The notes below the pieces were generated by a model, which did not search any database, was not told the origin of the DNA, and saw nothing but the letters and a program-made list of their open reading frames with translations. The position numbers were made by a program, and so were the translations under genes. Of a stretch of 43,355 nt of DNA, positions 25,583 through 37,790 are shown piece by piece. The stretch lies in assembly GCF_001194135.2 (NCBI RefSeq), contig NC_068983.1:8443791-8487145 (forward strand), read 5' to 3'. Each line of letters opens with the position of its first letter. The first letter of the stretch is position 1. The DNA comes from Octopus bimaculoides (lineage: Eukaryota).

Positions 25583-28500
25583 GCATCTATGTATCTTTAT
25601 ACACACATATATATATATATACATAATNNNNNNNNNNNNNNNNNNNNNNNNNNNTATATATATATATATATATATATATGTTAATTCTCTAAATTAGGTA
25701 TTAACAGTAACTGCACGATAAAGTGAAGTATATTGCCACTTAAATGTGGCTGACCCATAGGGGTGGATGTTACTGTTGCTTTTAGCCCCAGGAGGACATC
25801 TCCTCCAGCTGGCTTATCGACACACTTCTGGACACAGAAGTCGGACTAAACCCTAGACCATATGGTTACGATCTGAACGTCTTAACCATATAGCCATACC
25901 TATATGTTAGAACAGAAGTATTTACTCGAAAGTAATTTTTGAGAAATCGATCAGACTGAGATAAATAACTCTTTGAAACAAAGTGTTGTGGTTCTGGGGC
26001 TTTCTTAATATTAGAACCGCAGCTGCTGGTAGAATCAATACAAAACAAGACAACATGTGGAGAAGTCACTGGCTTTATCATATTAGAATTATCGCTGTGT
26101 ATTGTGGTCAAGAGACTTCACTTTCATTGTTTCAAGCCATGTAACTGACGATTATTACTGTTGTTTAATCTACGTTTAAGCTTTATCAAAGAGATCTCAA
26201 ACTGAAGAGGACCAGCCGTGACCATACTGTATATGTGTATACACATACTGTTTTAATGTACATCTATTGTTCAACATTTATTTCCTTTTGTTTTGAAGAT
26301 GTTGGTGTATGCTTTAGCAGAAATAAGTGTAGACTACCCAACATATTCTGCTTATTTTGATCAGATCCAACGTATTTCAGCTACAGTTATCCATACTCTT
26401 CCTCAAACCAACCAAACTCAGGACTACATTATTCAATGTGGTATCTTCTAAGAGAGATATTGCTTGATTAAAAAGAGATGGTTGTCTGCTATATCTACCA
26501 TGCAGAGTAACCCCATAGAGGCTTTACCAGAACCACAAAATCATAGCATGGGGCTGTGTCAATATATATATTTATGTATTTTTATTGCCTCCTTAGTCAG
26601 AAGAGGACAGTTCATATCTCTGGTCCCTTCTATTTGTTCAAACATGCCGTGAATGATTTTCAAGGTCCCCATTGATATGCATAATGGAACAATGGGATTT
26701 CCAGTGTCCCTATTTAGGTGGACCCTCCGTTTACATTGCCCCTATTTGTATATTCCTTTCCTCGTCATAGCTAGATAACTTGCGATCACGGTTATGCTGA
26801 AGTGGGGCGAATTGTGAGATGAACATCAATAACATAAACAATGTTAATAGCAAAAAAAAAGAAAAGAAAATCTATATAAAAGACAGCAACAACATCTACA
26901 ACAATTGCAGCTGCAGTAACATGCTGCATCCTCTTATGTTAAAATAGAAAAAGAAAACGTTAGAATTGAAAAATAGAATTCAGAAATTGATTTTATTTTT
27001 CTATTTTAAGAGTATCAAAATTAATTACTTGAGTGATAATACAAAGCGGCTTATAGATATATAAACGCATGGGATCGTTTCCGCACGTATTTACTTTCCC
27101 AGTGAAAGTTCACGAGAAACGTTTATGTAGGTTTCGATGAAGATCAATCTAGATGGTTTAATTTCTATTTAAGAATAAACAATGATATTCTCCCATCCAC
27201 TTCCCACCCCACACCGATAATATTATTTGATGTTTACGTATCATAATGTGCTCGGGTGTCACGTTGACAGGCAGAGTGATAGTTATTAAGTACCATACCA
27301 ATACAACAGCAGATCTGTAAATCTTAAATCTACGGATTTATAATATATACCAGTAGCTACAACGTAGACCTAAAACTATGAGTTTTGTAATATTTTTCCC
27401 ACATGGAAATCCTTTTGGAATTTGATATCAAGAAACAATCTTGTTTTAAAAATGGGTAATACCTCATTCTCCTTCCGATTTTCGGTGGAATGTACTTTTT
27501 TTATCATTTAGGCTAATTTTGCTTGTAGAAAATACAACAGATTTTACGATTCCATAATTCATTCTAATAGAATATATATAAGTATAAGATCTGTGAAAAA
27601 AGCAATAAAAATAGAAAAAAACTAGTCCGTACTCATTGGAAAAAAACAATATGAATTCATTTCCAAAGTAAGCGAACTTCCTTCGTATACGCAATTAATA
27701 ACGTTGGGAAAAGGCGGTGACGTTACGTTTAACTTTCTATCTACAGATTAACAGAAAGTCAGTGTGTATGACATGGTTCCGAAGCAATTACCAATAACTT
27801 CTGGTGCTTCTGTGTTATTCTTATAAAAGTCCCTTTTGAATTAATGCCTTTCACAAAAGCTTTCTCCTAGATAGTTGTTTCGTGTTCTATGAGAAGCGTT
27901 CGTGTATTAGAAAGATAAAAGTGTAAAGTAGCCGAATATAAAACATATGTTTTTTTTTTCCTTCCTAGAAAAGCAAATGAAGTCAGCATTTTAACATTGA
28001 TATTATGAAGAGAAGGGGTGCATCTGTGATGCGAATATATTGTTAAGGGAGCAGTCTTCTCAAAGGACGTGACAGAATGAATATATATATATATATAATG
28101 AATATATATNNNNNNNNNNNNNNNNNNNNNNNNNNNNNNNNNNNNNNNNNNNNNNNNNNNNNNNNNNNNNNNNNNNNNNNNNNNNNNNNNNNNNNNNNNN
28201 NNNNNNNNNNNNNNNNNNNNNNNNNNNNNNNNNNNNNNNNNNNNNNNNNNNNNNNNNNNNNNNNNNNNNNNNNNTATATATATATATATGTATACATATA
28301 TATATATATATATGTTTGTGTGTGTGTATACATACATATATACACACATATGTACATACACACGTATATATATATATGTATATATATGTATATATTACAA
28401 TGATGAAAGACGTAGTTATTTCCAGATCGTGATGTTTCATGTATCAAAATCGTTTGATCAATATTCAGGATGCGCTTTCAGATCAAATGCCGCTGTGGAA

Positions 28501-29290
28501 ATATTCAGAAAAATTAATATAAACATTACTAATAATGGTATTAAAAGACTTGGAAATATATCATTAACTGAAGCTGCCTCTTCCTGTATGAATTTTGATT
28601 TCTGCTATTGTATTGTTGTGATTGAAACTACACCATCCGATTTCAATTGGTGCCGTAATGCATCAGAGAAACATGTTTCCCAACTATATTTTTTGCAGTT
28701 CGGTTATTGGTTCAAAAGGAAATAATTGTATTTACATGAATGATGGAAGTAGTATTAACGCGTTATTTTTAGGTCTTCCTCTCTCTACTGAGGCTGATTG
28801 GGTTTTTACGATTATTCTGTTCAAAGCGTGAAAAATAATAAAGTGTAGATTTAGGAATTTTATAGCGTGAGGACAATTTAGTTGGGCAGAATGTGTTTAG
28901 TACAGTCTTTGTAATGGGTGCTAAAGAAGGGTTTAGGTACAGATGAAAAGGAAATCTGATAGGGTTGTATATAGCTTGCACGTTCCAAGGAGCAGAAGTT
29001 ATTACAATAAAGATAGAATTCATATATTATATCTGTACACAGGGAAGCTGATCCTTAAAAAAATATTGCTTTGCACGGAATTAAATCAGAGGCATCTCAT
29101 TCATAAAGATTTCCACTGTGCTACACACCACTCACAATATTTTTTCTTCTTTCAGAGGCTGTTCTGATATGAATATTCAGCAATAATGCGCAGTTCTCCT
29201 TGCGGACGAATCTTGTCTCTTAATAGTTTGAAAGAAGCATGTTTTCATGTGTTCGGTACAATTCCGCGGTGGATTTCAACTTTAGGATCA

Positions 29291-29292
<2 letters not shown>

Positions 29293-29338
<46 letters not shown>

Positions 29339-29440
29339 GACACACACACAATCACACATACACACACAAACATACACACACACCACAAACATACACACAC
29401 GCACACCACATACACAGCATACACACATACAGAGATAAAC
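29293..29440. repeat. (CA)n-rich microsatellite
   Basis: Direct reading. Confidence 0.95.
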
Positions 29441-31630
29441 ACCCATATGTAGAAGAATTCGCAGATATCAACTCCAGAGTGTAGAACGATTGCGGGGAAA
29501 GAGCGTTTTGCTGTTGGACCAAAATGGCTAGGATAATAAGAAACGAATGAACAGAATCATTGTGGTGGTATAGCACACATATTTTGCTTGTTCATGCCTC
29601 AGAGATATTTAGTTGTCAATAACCTCTCTGCAGCTATTCAATAAATCCATGTAGATCTCTTTACTGGTTTTGACCATGCGGCACAAACTCATGATGGACG
29701 ACGTAGTTCTGATAATAAGGTAAAGAAGACCCTATAACTGCATTTGAGTACAGTCCGTCTTGATCACGTTGGTCCCCCGCTATGAACCAACGAATTTCGC
29801 TTGCTGCTCTTTTGTTTGAAAGTCCACGTTTTTCTATCGCTTATAAAACTCCTCTAATCGTTTATTTCATAACTACTTGCTATGAACTTTTACACACATC
29901 TTTGGAAACTGTACGGCATACATTTTTCCAATGTGGTCATGGTCCGTTGTTGGGAAAGATTGTTTCAATTTGGAAATCTGTTTTAGAAGAAAAGCTTCTA
30001 GATTTCAAACACAGTTATCACTCCTCATACCGCGTGTTATTAATAAAGTCTTGCCCATTGTTCTCTGTGTTGTTAGAGATGATTCTGTAATAGTTCTCTT
30101 TATTTGAAACAGATATCCAAAGGAACACACTGATCTTCAAAATCCACCATTGACCAACATGATGGAAACAGCCAGCTACACCAAGCAAGCGTTTACTCTG
30201 ACATGCAAATTAAGACTTTAAAATGAAGTGCATCATGGGGCTATTATTAGATTATCAGGCATGATTCACTTCTTGGATTTAAGGTATAAGTTAGCTCTGA
30301 GGCAGTCTCAAAATACTCACATCCTTCTATTTACTCATGGAAAAGCAGTTCTTGTTAATCATATTACTTGTTAATACATCGCCATAGCTATTAGGCTAAA
30401 CAAGAGTGAGTACTCAATGACCTTGTTGTTAGAAAATATTTGATATTTTAGCTCCGATTTAGTCAAATATGTATTACGCAGAGAGGCCATCACTATATTT
30501 TTTTAGCGTAGATGTGATTCCATTGCGCAAAAAAATATCATAACAAAGCACTGTGCGTGACTATTTTGCTCTGCTTCCCTTTATAGAATATATTTCTCCA
30601 CAATGTTAATACATAATTCGGCATTGGTTATAAACCTTCTTTGCGTGATCTATTAAATATATACAACTTTGAATTTGAGAGTTACAATAATGCAATCAGC
30701 ACCCAGATGTGGCTGTACAGCTCGTTACAATATGCATTAAGCTTCAACAAATATAGAATATTAATTTCCCTTTTGCTGTGGGCATAACACCTTATATTTC
30801 GAAGCGAAAGAACGTGTCATTATGAATATCATTAGTGATGTAGTAAAAGTAAAACGGCTAAAACCTATGTACCTAAGCACCTCTGAGAAATTAGTTTACC
30901 TAATTTCCTTAGGTGGTCACCTTCTTTGCTAGATTATTAAAATAACCATCTGATATATCAAAAGATATAGCGGTAACATGCTTAAATTTCAGGCTAAATA
31001 AATTCATACTTATGTATTAATAATCTGTGAATCAGAAGTGGTGACTTTATAATATATTCTACAGTTTGCTGCTGTCTTTAACCCACACTCTGTAAAAATG
31101 GTAAGATATTAACATAAAAAGCTGGTGAATGGTGAATAGGGAAAACTTATTGTTATTCAGCACAGAAACGTACAATAATGTGTATAGAGATAAATGGAGA
31201 CATGTCTTCTAAAGGTCAGCATGAAAATACTCAAAATTTGTAGTTTAGTTGTAAAATGAACACACAGGTCTCTCTTAAGTTTTATTTGTTTGTTTCCTTA
31301 CGAATATCCAGCAACAAATGATGGTTAAATTACTTACCCTAACCGTTATTATTAAACTCAAAAGACATGAGTTACAAAGAAAATAATCATTGTCCAATTA
31401 TGATTCTTAAAATCTGGTGTCTTAAAATCTCTTCTCAATGTAAACGTGATCTCTTGGAATTTTACGCTCATATTACTGGATACGATGAAAGAAGAGAAAA
31501 TCAATGACACTGCTGTTGAATGACAATCGAAACATCCTGAAATTTGTGGAAACAAAACATTGTAAATGTCTTCAAAATAATTTATTCTTTTCGAAGACAT
31601 TTTGTGTCGACTTTTTATACTTTTGTGTAT

Positions 31631-32032
31631 TTACTCTTTTACTCTTTTACTTGTTGCAGTCATTTGACTGCGGCTATGCTGGGGCACCACCTTTAGTCGA
31701 GCAAATCGACCCCAGGACTTATTCTTTGTAAGTCTTGTACTTATTCTATCGGGCTCTTTTGCCGCACAGCTAAGTTATGGGAACGTAAACACACCAGCAT
31801 CGGTTGTCAAGCGATGTTGGGGAGACAAACACAGACACACAAATATATATATATATATATATATATACAGTATACGACGGGCTTCTTTCAGTTTCCGTCT
31901 ACCAAATCCACTCACAAAGCTTTGGTCGGCCAGAGGTTATAGTAGAAGCACTCGCCCAAGGTGCCACGCAGTGGGACTGAACCCGGAACCATGTGGTTGG
32001 TAAGCAAGCTACTTACTCCACAGCCAATCCTG
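31631..32032 (-). mobile_element. Full-length SINE family B with internal microsatellite
   Basis: Near-complete reverse complement of 37356-37790: tRNA-like head at 31960-32032, internal (CA)/(TA) at 31828-31868 and a (GTAAAAGA)n tail. Confidence 0.92.
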
Positions 32033-32211
32033 TTAAAGAAGTCAACTTCATATTTCATAAATAACACGATAAATTTACGTGTTGTAAATAGAATTGAATT
32101 CCGATCTATTTGAGAAAGAGTACCTTGTTCGAAACATTATTATTCGTTTCTTTATACAACACGTGAACTTACTTATCTAGATTAACATATATAACAATCC
32201 TTCCTGATATA

Positions 32212-32287
32212 GCGGAATTTAAACTCAGAACATAAACACGGACGAAAAGCCGCTATGAATTATATCCAGCGTGCTAACAACTCTGCC
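32212..32287 (-). mobile_element. SINE family C tRNA-like head
   Basis: GCGGAATTTAAACTCAGAAC...GGACGAAA...GTGCTAACAACTCTGCC matches 36655-36744. Confidence 0.7.
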
Positions 32288-32546
32288 TTTATAACTGTTA
32301 TAATTCTAGTAACAACTGGTAATAGAGGATGGAACATAGATATTAGTAGATGATATATGGCGCAGACTAAAATGTAAAATTGCACATCTATGCATAACAC
32401 TCAAAGTTATCTTAAAGAATTTAAAATTTTATTGCTATTGCTTTTCAGACCTTCACTAGATTTCTCGAACTCGTTTCTTACAATTTTTAATAAATATCAC
32501 TCATAGCTAATCAAGCTAACATATATTTTTCAGAACAATTCATGGG

Positions 32547-32832
32547 AGATGATCCAGCATTGTTTGTTTTTTTCCTCAATTAACGCTTTGTCTGGTTTCC
32601 TATTCTCTATCCCATGGTTGCACTGAATCATAAAATCCCATAGGATCTTTGCATTATCATTTTCGATGATGCCTTCCGGTTTATGTCCGTACCACTTTTT
32701 TGCTTGGTCAAGTCCATACTTGTTGCAAAGTGTTCAATGGAGAATCCTTGCTATACTGTCATGACGTCTCTTATATTGTTTCTGGGCTTTTGTACACACT
32801 CTGCATTTATCACTTTCTGGCGTGTTGTCTAC
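32547..32832 (-). pseudogene. R4/Dong-like (RLE-endonuclease) non-LTR retrotransposon fragment
   Basis: The minus strand translates as DNTPESDKCRVC[deletion]TKAQKQYKRRHDSIARILH*TLCNKYGLDQAKKWYGHKPEGIIENDNAKILWDFMIQCNHGIENRKPDKALIEEKNKQCWII. This contains the start of the Cys knuckle, RHD, ILWD and PD motifs. Confidence 0.9.
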
Positions 32833-32900
32833 TATTATTATTATCATCATCATCATTATCACCACAACCGCCACCACCACCACAACCACCACCGCCGCCG
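32833..32900. repeat. Trinucleotide tract drifting TAT>CAT>CAC>CGC
   Basis: Direct reading; it produces the spurious poly-His and poly-Pro ORFs. Confidence 0.9.
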
Positions 32901-32961
32901 GATGTTTCTATTGTCATTCAACCGCAGTATCATTGATTTTTTCTTCCTTCATTGCATCCAG

Positions 32962-33345
32962 TAATATTGAGTGAGAGGGCAATGCTTGCCATCAAAGTAA
33001 CACTGGATTAAAATATACGAAGCCAAATATAACGATCATGTGTACCCGTCTGATAAGGGTACACCTGGCACAACCATATGTGCGCGACATAGCGATATCA
33101 TATCAAGAGAAACAGTGCATGATTTAGGAGAAGGTGTCCTGTTAAAATTTTCTTCAGTTCGAGTAGCCCATCCAGCTCAAAAGACTTGTCTAATGATGCT
33201 GAAGAAAACACCCATGTTTCCGAAGGTGAATTATCCAAACCCCAAAGAATTCCTCTCAACACATGGTTATGATACTGCCCCACTACTTCTGCTCGTGATC
33301 AGAGATGCACATATCGTTAGCCACTAAGAGACATGCTCAACTGTC
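32962..33345. repeat. Unclassified ~380-bp interspersed repeat
   Basis: A more GC-balanced block (TACCCGTCTGATAAGGGTACACC...GAGTAGCCCATCC...GATCAGAGATGCACATATCG) that I recall as an abundant Octopus repeat. It is single-copy in this window, so its repeat status is unverified here. Confidence 0.45.
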
Positions 33346-33646
33346 AAACAACTGAGAAGCAAATCTCTGGTCTTTCGCTACGTTCTGAGTTCAAATTCCG
33401 CCTAGAAAGGATTATTATCACCATCATTATATCTTTTTATTAGATATAAATGTCTGGGAATTAGCAAGAGCCTTTCAAGAAAGCCGGCATACTTGGATAA
33501 ACATCGAAATCTTAATTATTCCGTTGCAATGAAAGGGAAATCATGTGAAACCTGGTGTCCGACGAAGATTACCTGTCTGAGCTTAGAACTCAGAGCGGGA
33601 AACAGAGAGCGCAAGTGTTGGAAGGAATTATAATTATTATTTTTAG

Positions 33647-33928
33647 TATTATTATTATTATTATTCAGTAGTTTTATTTTTATAACGTGCTTTCACTTCA
33701 CTACCGAGCGCAGCTCTGTGCGCCTTGGGTATGTGCTGTGGTTTGCTGTGGTGCCCTTATGTTTACTGTATTGAAAGTGTTTTGCGTAGAATGCGTACAG
33801 TACCCAGTAGTGCAATTTTCTGTATGTTATATATATTTGTAAGTCCTGGTGTTTTTGTTATGTATTTGTCTGAATATTTTTTTATTATACCTAAGGCACC
33901 TACTATGATAGGAATTGTTTCTGTTTTT
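33647..33928 (-). mobile_element. 3' end of an R4/Dong-like RLE LINE (C-terminus, 3' UTR, (TAA)n tail)
   Basis: KTETIPIIVGALGIIKK...IQKIALLGTVRILRKTLSIQ* (33928-33763), a ~100-nt UTR, then (TAA)n. The 5' part is lost in the 33929-34413 gap. Confidence 0.9.
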
Positions 33929-35486
33929 NNNNNNNNNNNNNNNNNNNNNNNNNNNNNNNNNNNNNNNNNNNNNNNNNNNNNNNNNNNNNNNNNNNNNNNN
34001 NNNNNNNNNNNNNNNNNNNNNNNNNNNNNNNNNNNNNNNNNNNNNNNNNNNNNNNNNNNNNNNNNNNNNNNNNNNNNNNNNNNNNNNNNNNNNNNNNNNN
34101 NNNNNNNNNNNNNNNNNNNNNNNNNNNNNNNNNNNNNNNNNNNNNNNNNNNNNNNNNNNNNNNNNNNNNNNNNNNNNNNNNNNNNNNNNNNNNNNNNNNN
34201 NNNNNNNNNNNNNNNNNNNNNNNNNNNNNNNNNNNNNNNNNNNNNNNNNNNNNNNNNNNNNNNNNNNNNNNNNNNNNNNNNNNNNNNNNNNNNNNNNNNN
34301 NNNNNNNNNNNNNNNNNNNNNNNNNNNNNNNNNNNNNNNNNNNNNNNNNNNNNNNNNNNNNNNNNNNNNNNNNNNNNNNNNNNNNNNNNNNNNNNNNNNN
34401 NNNNNNNNNNNNNGGAGAGTATTGTAGTTTGCTTGAAGCATCGTGTATTGTTTGTAAAGAATAAACAGTTTTGAATGGTACAACAATGCATTATAATACA
34501 AAAAATGGACTATATACCTGTTGTAACTTAGCTATCTACAGTCCGATGATATTTCGGAATCCAATTCCGTTTTCAGATATTCTAAGAAGCTACTTACCAC
34601 ACAGCTACTCCTACGCCTATGTACATTCGTATATTTTCCATGGCTTTTTTGCAATAACTAATATACACATCTTGAAGTTGTCATAGTCTTTTTGTTGGAT
34701 ATTTCCTTTCCCTATTTCCTACCTATCCTTTGTAAGATTGCAAAAATTACAATCTTTACGTTCGAATCACCTTAAATTACATGAGTGTCGGCTTTGTATT
34801 GCTAACCCTCTGTTTTCCTTAGATCTGATAATATTTCTTCACATCTTCATCATTATAATTACCTGTAGGAGAATAAATTTGGATGATTAAAATGGATTAC
34901 GGCTCAGCTGATGTCCCATAGTGCATATAAGAGAATCAGTGTGCATTACATTGCGGATTTTAACGTATTGTGTTGGAGCTTCAATGTTACATTCATTATA
35001 TGATTGCTTTCCTTCCCTACTAAACCATATTTTATTCACGTTATCTGCGGTGAATTTTCCACGTTTTGTTCAGCGTGTTCCAGCAACCATATCATACTGA
35101 AAGAATAAACCTTTATCTCAAAAGTTAGTTATTGAATACTAATACTATAGAACGCAAAAGTGGTTTAACTTAGTTTTCCAACGTTGATTTGATGCATTAG
35201 CGTATTTACTAGATTCGTCGTAGAAAAAAAAAAAAAAANNNNNNNNNNNNNNNNNNNNNNNNNNNNNNNNNNNNNNNNNNNNNNNNNNNNNNNNNNNNNN
35301 NNNNNNNNNNNNNNNNNNNNNNNNNNNNNNNNNNNNNNNNNNNNNNNNNNNNNNNNNNNNNNNNNNNNNNNNNNNNNNNNNNNNNNNNNNNNNNNNNNNN
35401 NNNNNNNNNNNNNNNNNNNNNNNNNNNNNNNNNNNNNNNNNNNNNNNNNNNNNNNNNNNNNNNNNNNNNNNNNNNNNNNNNNNNNN

Positions 35487-35720
35487 TATAAGCGTGTGTG
35501 TGCGTGCTTGTATGTATATATTTGTTTGTCCCCCCAACATCGCTTGATAACCGACGCTGGTGTGTTTACGTCCCTGTAAATTAGCGGGGCGAGAGAGGCC
35601 GATAGAATAAATACTAGGTTAGAAAGAATAAGTCCTGGGGTCGAATTGCTCGACTAAAGGCTGTGCTCCAGCATGGCCGCAGTCAAATAACTGAAACAAA
35701 TAAAATAAAATAAAATAAAA
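35487..35720 (+). mobile_element. SINE family B, 3' half
   Basis: TTTGTCCCCCAACATCGCTTGATAACCGACGCTGG...GGGGTCGAATTGCTCGACT...CAGCATGGCCGCAGTCAAATAACTGAAAC with a (TAAAA)n tail. The 5' part is not visible; a gap lies immediately upstream. Confidence 0.9.
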
Positions 35721-36532
35721 GATCCTCTAATTGTTGCTAACGGAGCAAGCGTTAATATAGGATGCACAGAAGTTTCAGGTTATCATTTTGAAGATGACCG
35801 AGGAACAGTAGAAAGGGTTGTTGCACAGCTAAGGTAAGAACGTTTGGAAACCTTGAACGTATACCTATATGACAAGTAAGCTTTTGATAACCGTTGAAAT
35901 AATTCGAGATAATTTCTTTCCCGGAGATATGATAGCAAGGATATTAGCGAAAAAATTTCAAGAAATATTGAATAGAATTATGCAAAATAATAAATTTGGA
36001 ATTGAGCAAGGCGTGTTATATTCATTTAAATTCAAGTAGCAAGGAAAGACTCATGCTCAATAACTCATAAATTTGGGAATAAAAGATGAATTTATGCTCC
36101 AGGCAAAATTTATCCGATGGAGCGTACGAAAACCATGTTATACATATTCCGACTCAATATTTGACATAAGATGGTTTCAAAATATGATTTACGACTCCTG
36201 TGGCATTTTATTTCTTAATGCGATATGTAGGAACAATAATAAATGTTGTGAAGGCTACTAATATAAGGAATTTAAGAAAAATATTGAAGGCATCTATTTT
36301 ATATTCAATGGCCAAATATCACAACAATATACTTGGCATCAAGTACACTGTGCATTTCAAAAATAAAAATCAGACCGTCTGTAATCCCGATGATGTCACA
36401 AGATACAAACTGTTGACTCATAAGATGTTACTGGTGACATATCGGCAAAGTATTTCGTTATTGATACGTTTAATAAGAATAATGAGAAATTACGGTAATC
36501 TTGGCTGAATAAGACAACATAATAATAAAAAC

Positions 36533-36744
36533 GGTTTCAAATGTTGGCACAAGGTTAGCAATTATGGTGAATTGTTCGAGTCGATTAAATTCACCTCGGT
36601 GCTCAACTACTACTTATGTTATCGAGTACGAAATGAGGAAAGGCAATGTCGGCTTCGGAGGAATTTGAACTCAGATTGAAAAGGTGGACGAAATACTGTT
36701 AACCACTTTACCCGGCGCTGTAACGATTCTGTTAGCTCGCTGCC
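36533..36744 (-). mobile_element. SINE family C (tRNA head + conserved central domain)
   Basis: The reverse complement reads GGCAGCGAGCTAACAGAATCGTTA (A-box-like)...CTGAGTTCAAATTCC (B box)...GCCTTTCCTCATTTCG...CGATAACATAAGTAGTAG...TTTGAAACC. Confidence 0.85.
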
Positions 36745-37355
36745 TTCAACATAATAATAATACTTCTCGAAGATTTGAGTCCAAAGATTGGACATATAAT
36801 ATTTGTACAGCTAGGCGTACTCTCAATGTATGGGCTATATATGTTTACAGGTAACGAAGCTACGGACAATAGCTGATGTAAAAACTAGACTTACAGCGGC
36901 ACAGTCTACCATTAATATATAAAATGAGAAGATGTCTAGTTGTTTCTGTAATTTCAATGAACTAAACAGACTCTAAAGCTGTTTCAGACTTTTCGCAACT
37001 ATTTTCGACTTCATGAATGCACTTTAGATTGATGAAAATCTTTGAATTGGGAAAATTCGTAATTACACATTAACTGAATAAGCGAAAAAAAAACATAGAA
37101 TAAAATATCTTTACAAAGAATGTTCTAATCGTGTAATTATTGCAATAATTTTTTTCACTTGGTTATCAAGGTTCTTGATGTGAACTCATGTGTTGAAACA
37201 GATTTTGCTGTATATCGTGGCTATGTCACTGGTAAGGGCGCATATGATGACAAAATGACTTTGACAAATCTTGCTGGTTGAGTGATCGACCGAAGACATA
37301 CTAGAACAATTGATTACTTAATTGGTTAAATGGTTAGCCAATGGATAATAAGTAA

Positions 37356-37531
37356 GGCGCAGGAGTGGCTGTGTGGTAAGTAGCTTGCTCACCAACCACA
37401 TGGTTCCGGGTTCAGTCCCACTGCGTGGCACCTTGGCCAAGTGTCTTCTACTATAGCCTTGGGCCGACCAAAGCCTTGTGAGTGATTTGGTAGACGGAAA
37501 CTAAAAGAAGCCCGCCGTATATATGTATATG

Positions 37532-37562
<31 letters not shown>

Positions 37563-37790
37563 ATGTGTGTGTGTATGTGTGTCTGTTTGCCCCCCCCCCC
37601 TCAACATCGCTTGACAACCGATGCTGGTATGTTTACGTCCCCGTAACTTAGTGGTTCGGCGAAACAGACCGATAGAATAAGTACTAGGCTTACAACGAAT
37701 AAGTCCCGGGGTCGATTTGCTCGACTGAAGGCAGTGCTCCAGCATGGCGGCTGTCAAATGACTGAAACAAGTAAAAGAGTAAAAGAGTAA
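37356..37790 (+). mobile_element. Full-length SINE family B with internal microsatellite
   Basis: GGCGCAGGAGTGGCTGTGTGGTAAG (A box), GGTTCAGTCCC (B-box-like), CORE-like GCACCTTGGCCAAGTGTCTTCT, internal (TA)/(TG) at 37518-37585, a second domain and a (GTAAAAGA)n tail. Confidence 0.93.

Noticed and set aside
32683-32964. Poly-His and poly-Pro ORFs
   Set aside because: They come from a drifting trinucleotide tract and the antisense strand of an RLE-LINE fragment.
33929-34491. Continuation of the RLE LINE ORF across the gap
   Set aside because: Sequence beyond the gap (MHCCTIQN...) lacks the expected upstream motifs; the ORF is joined only by Ns.
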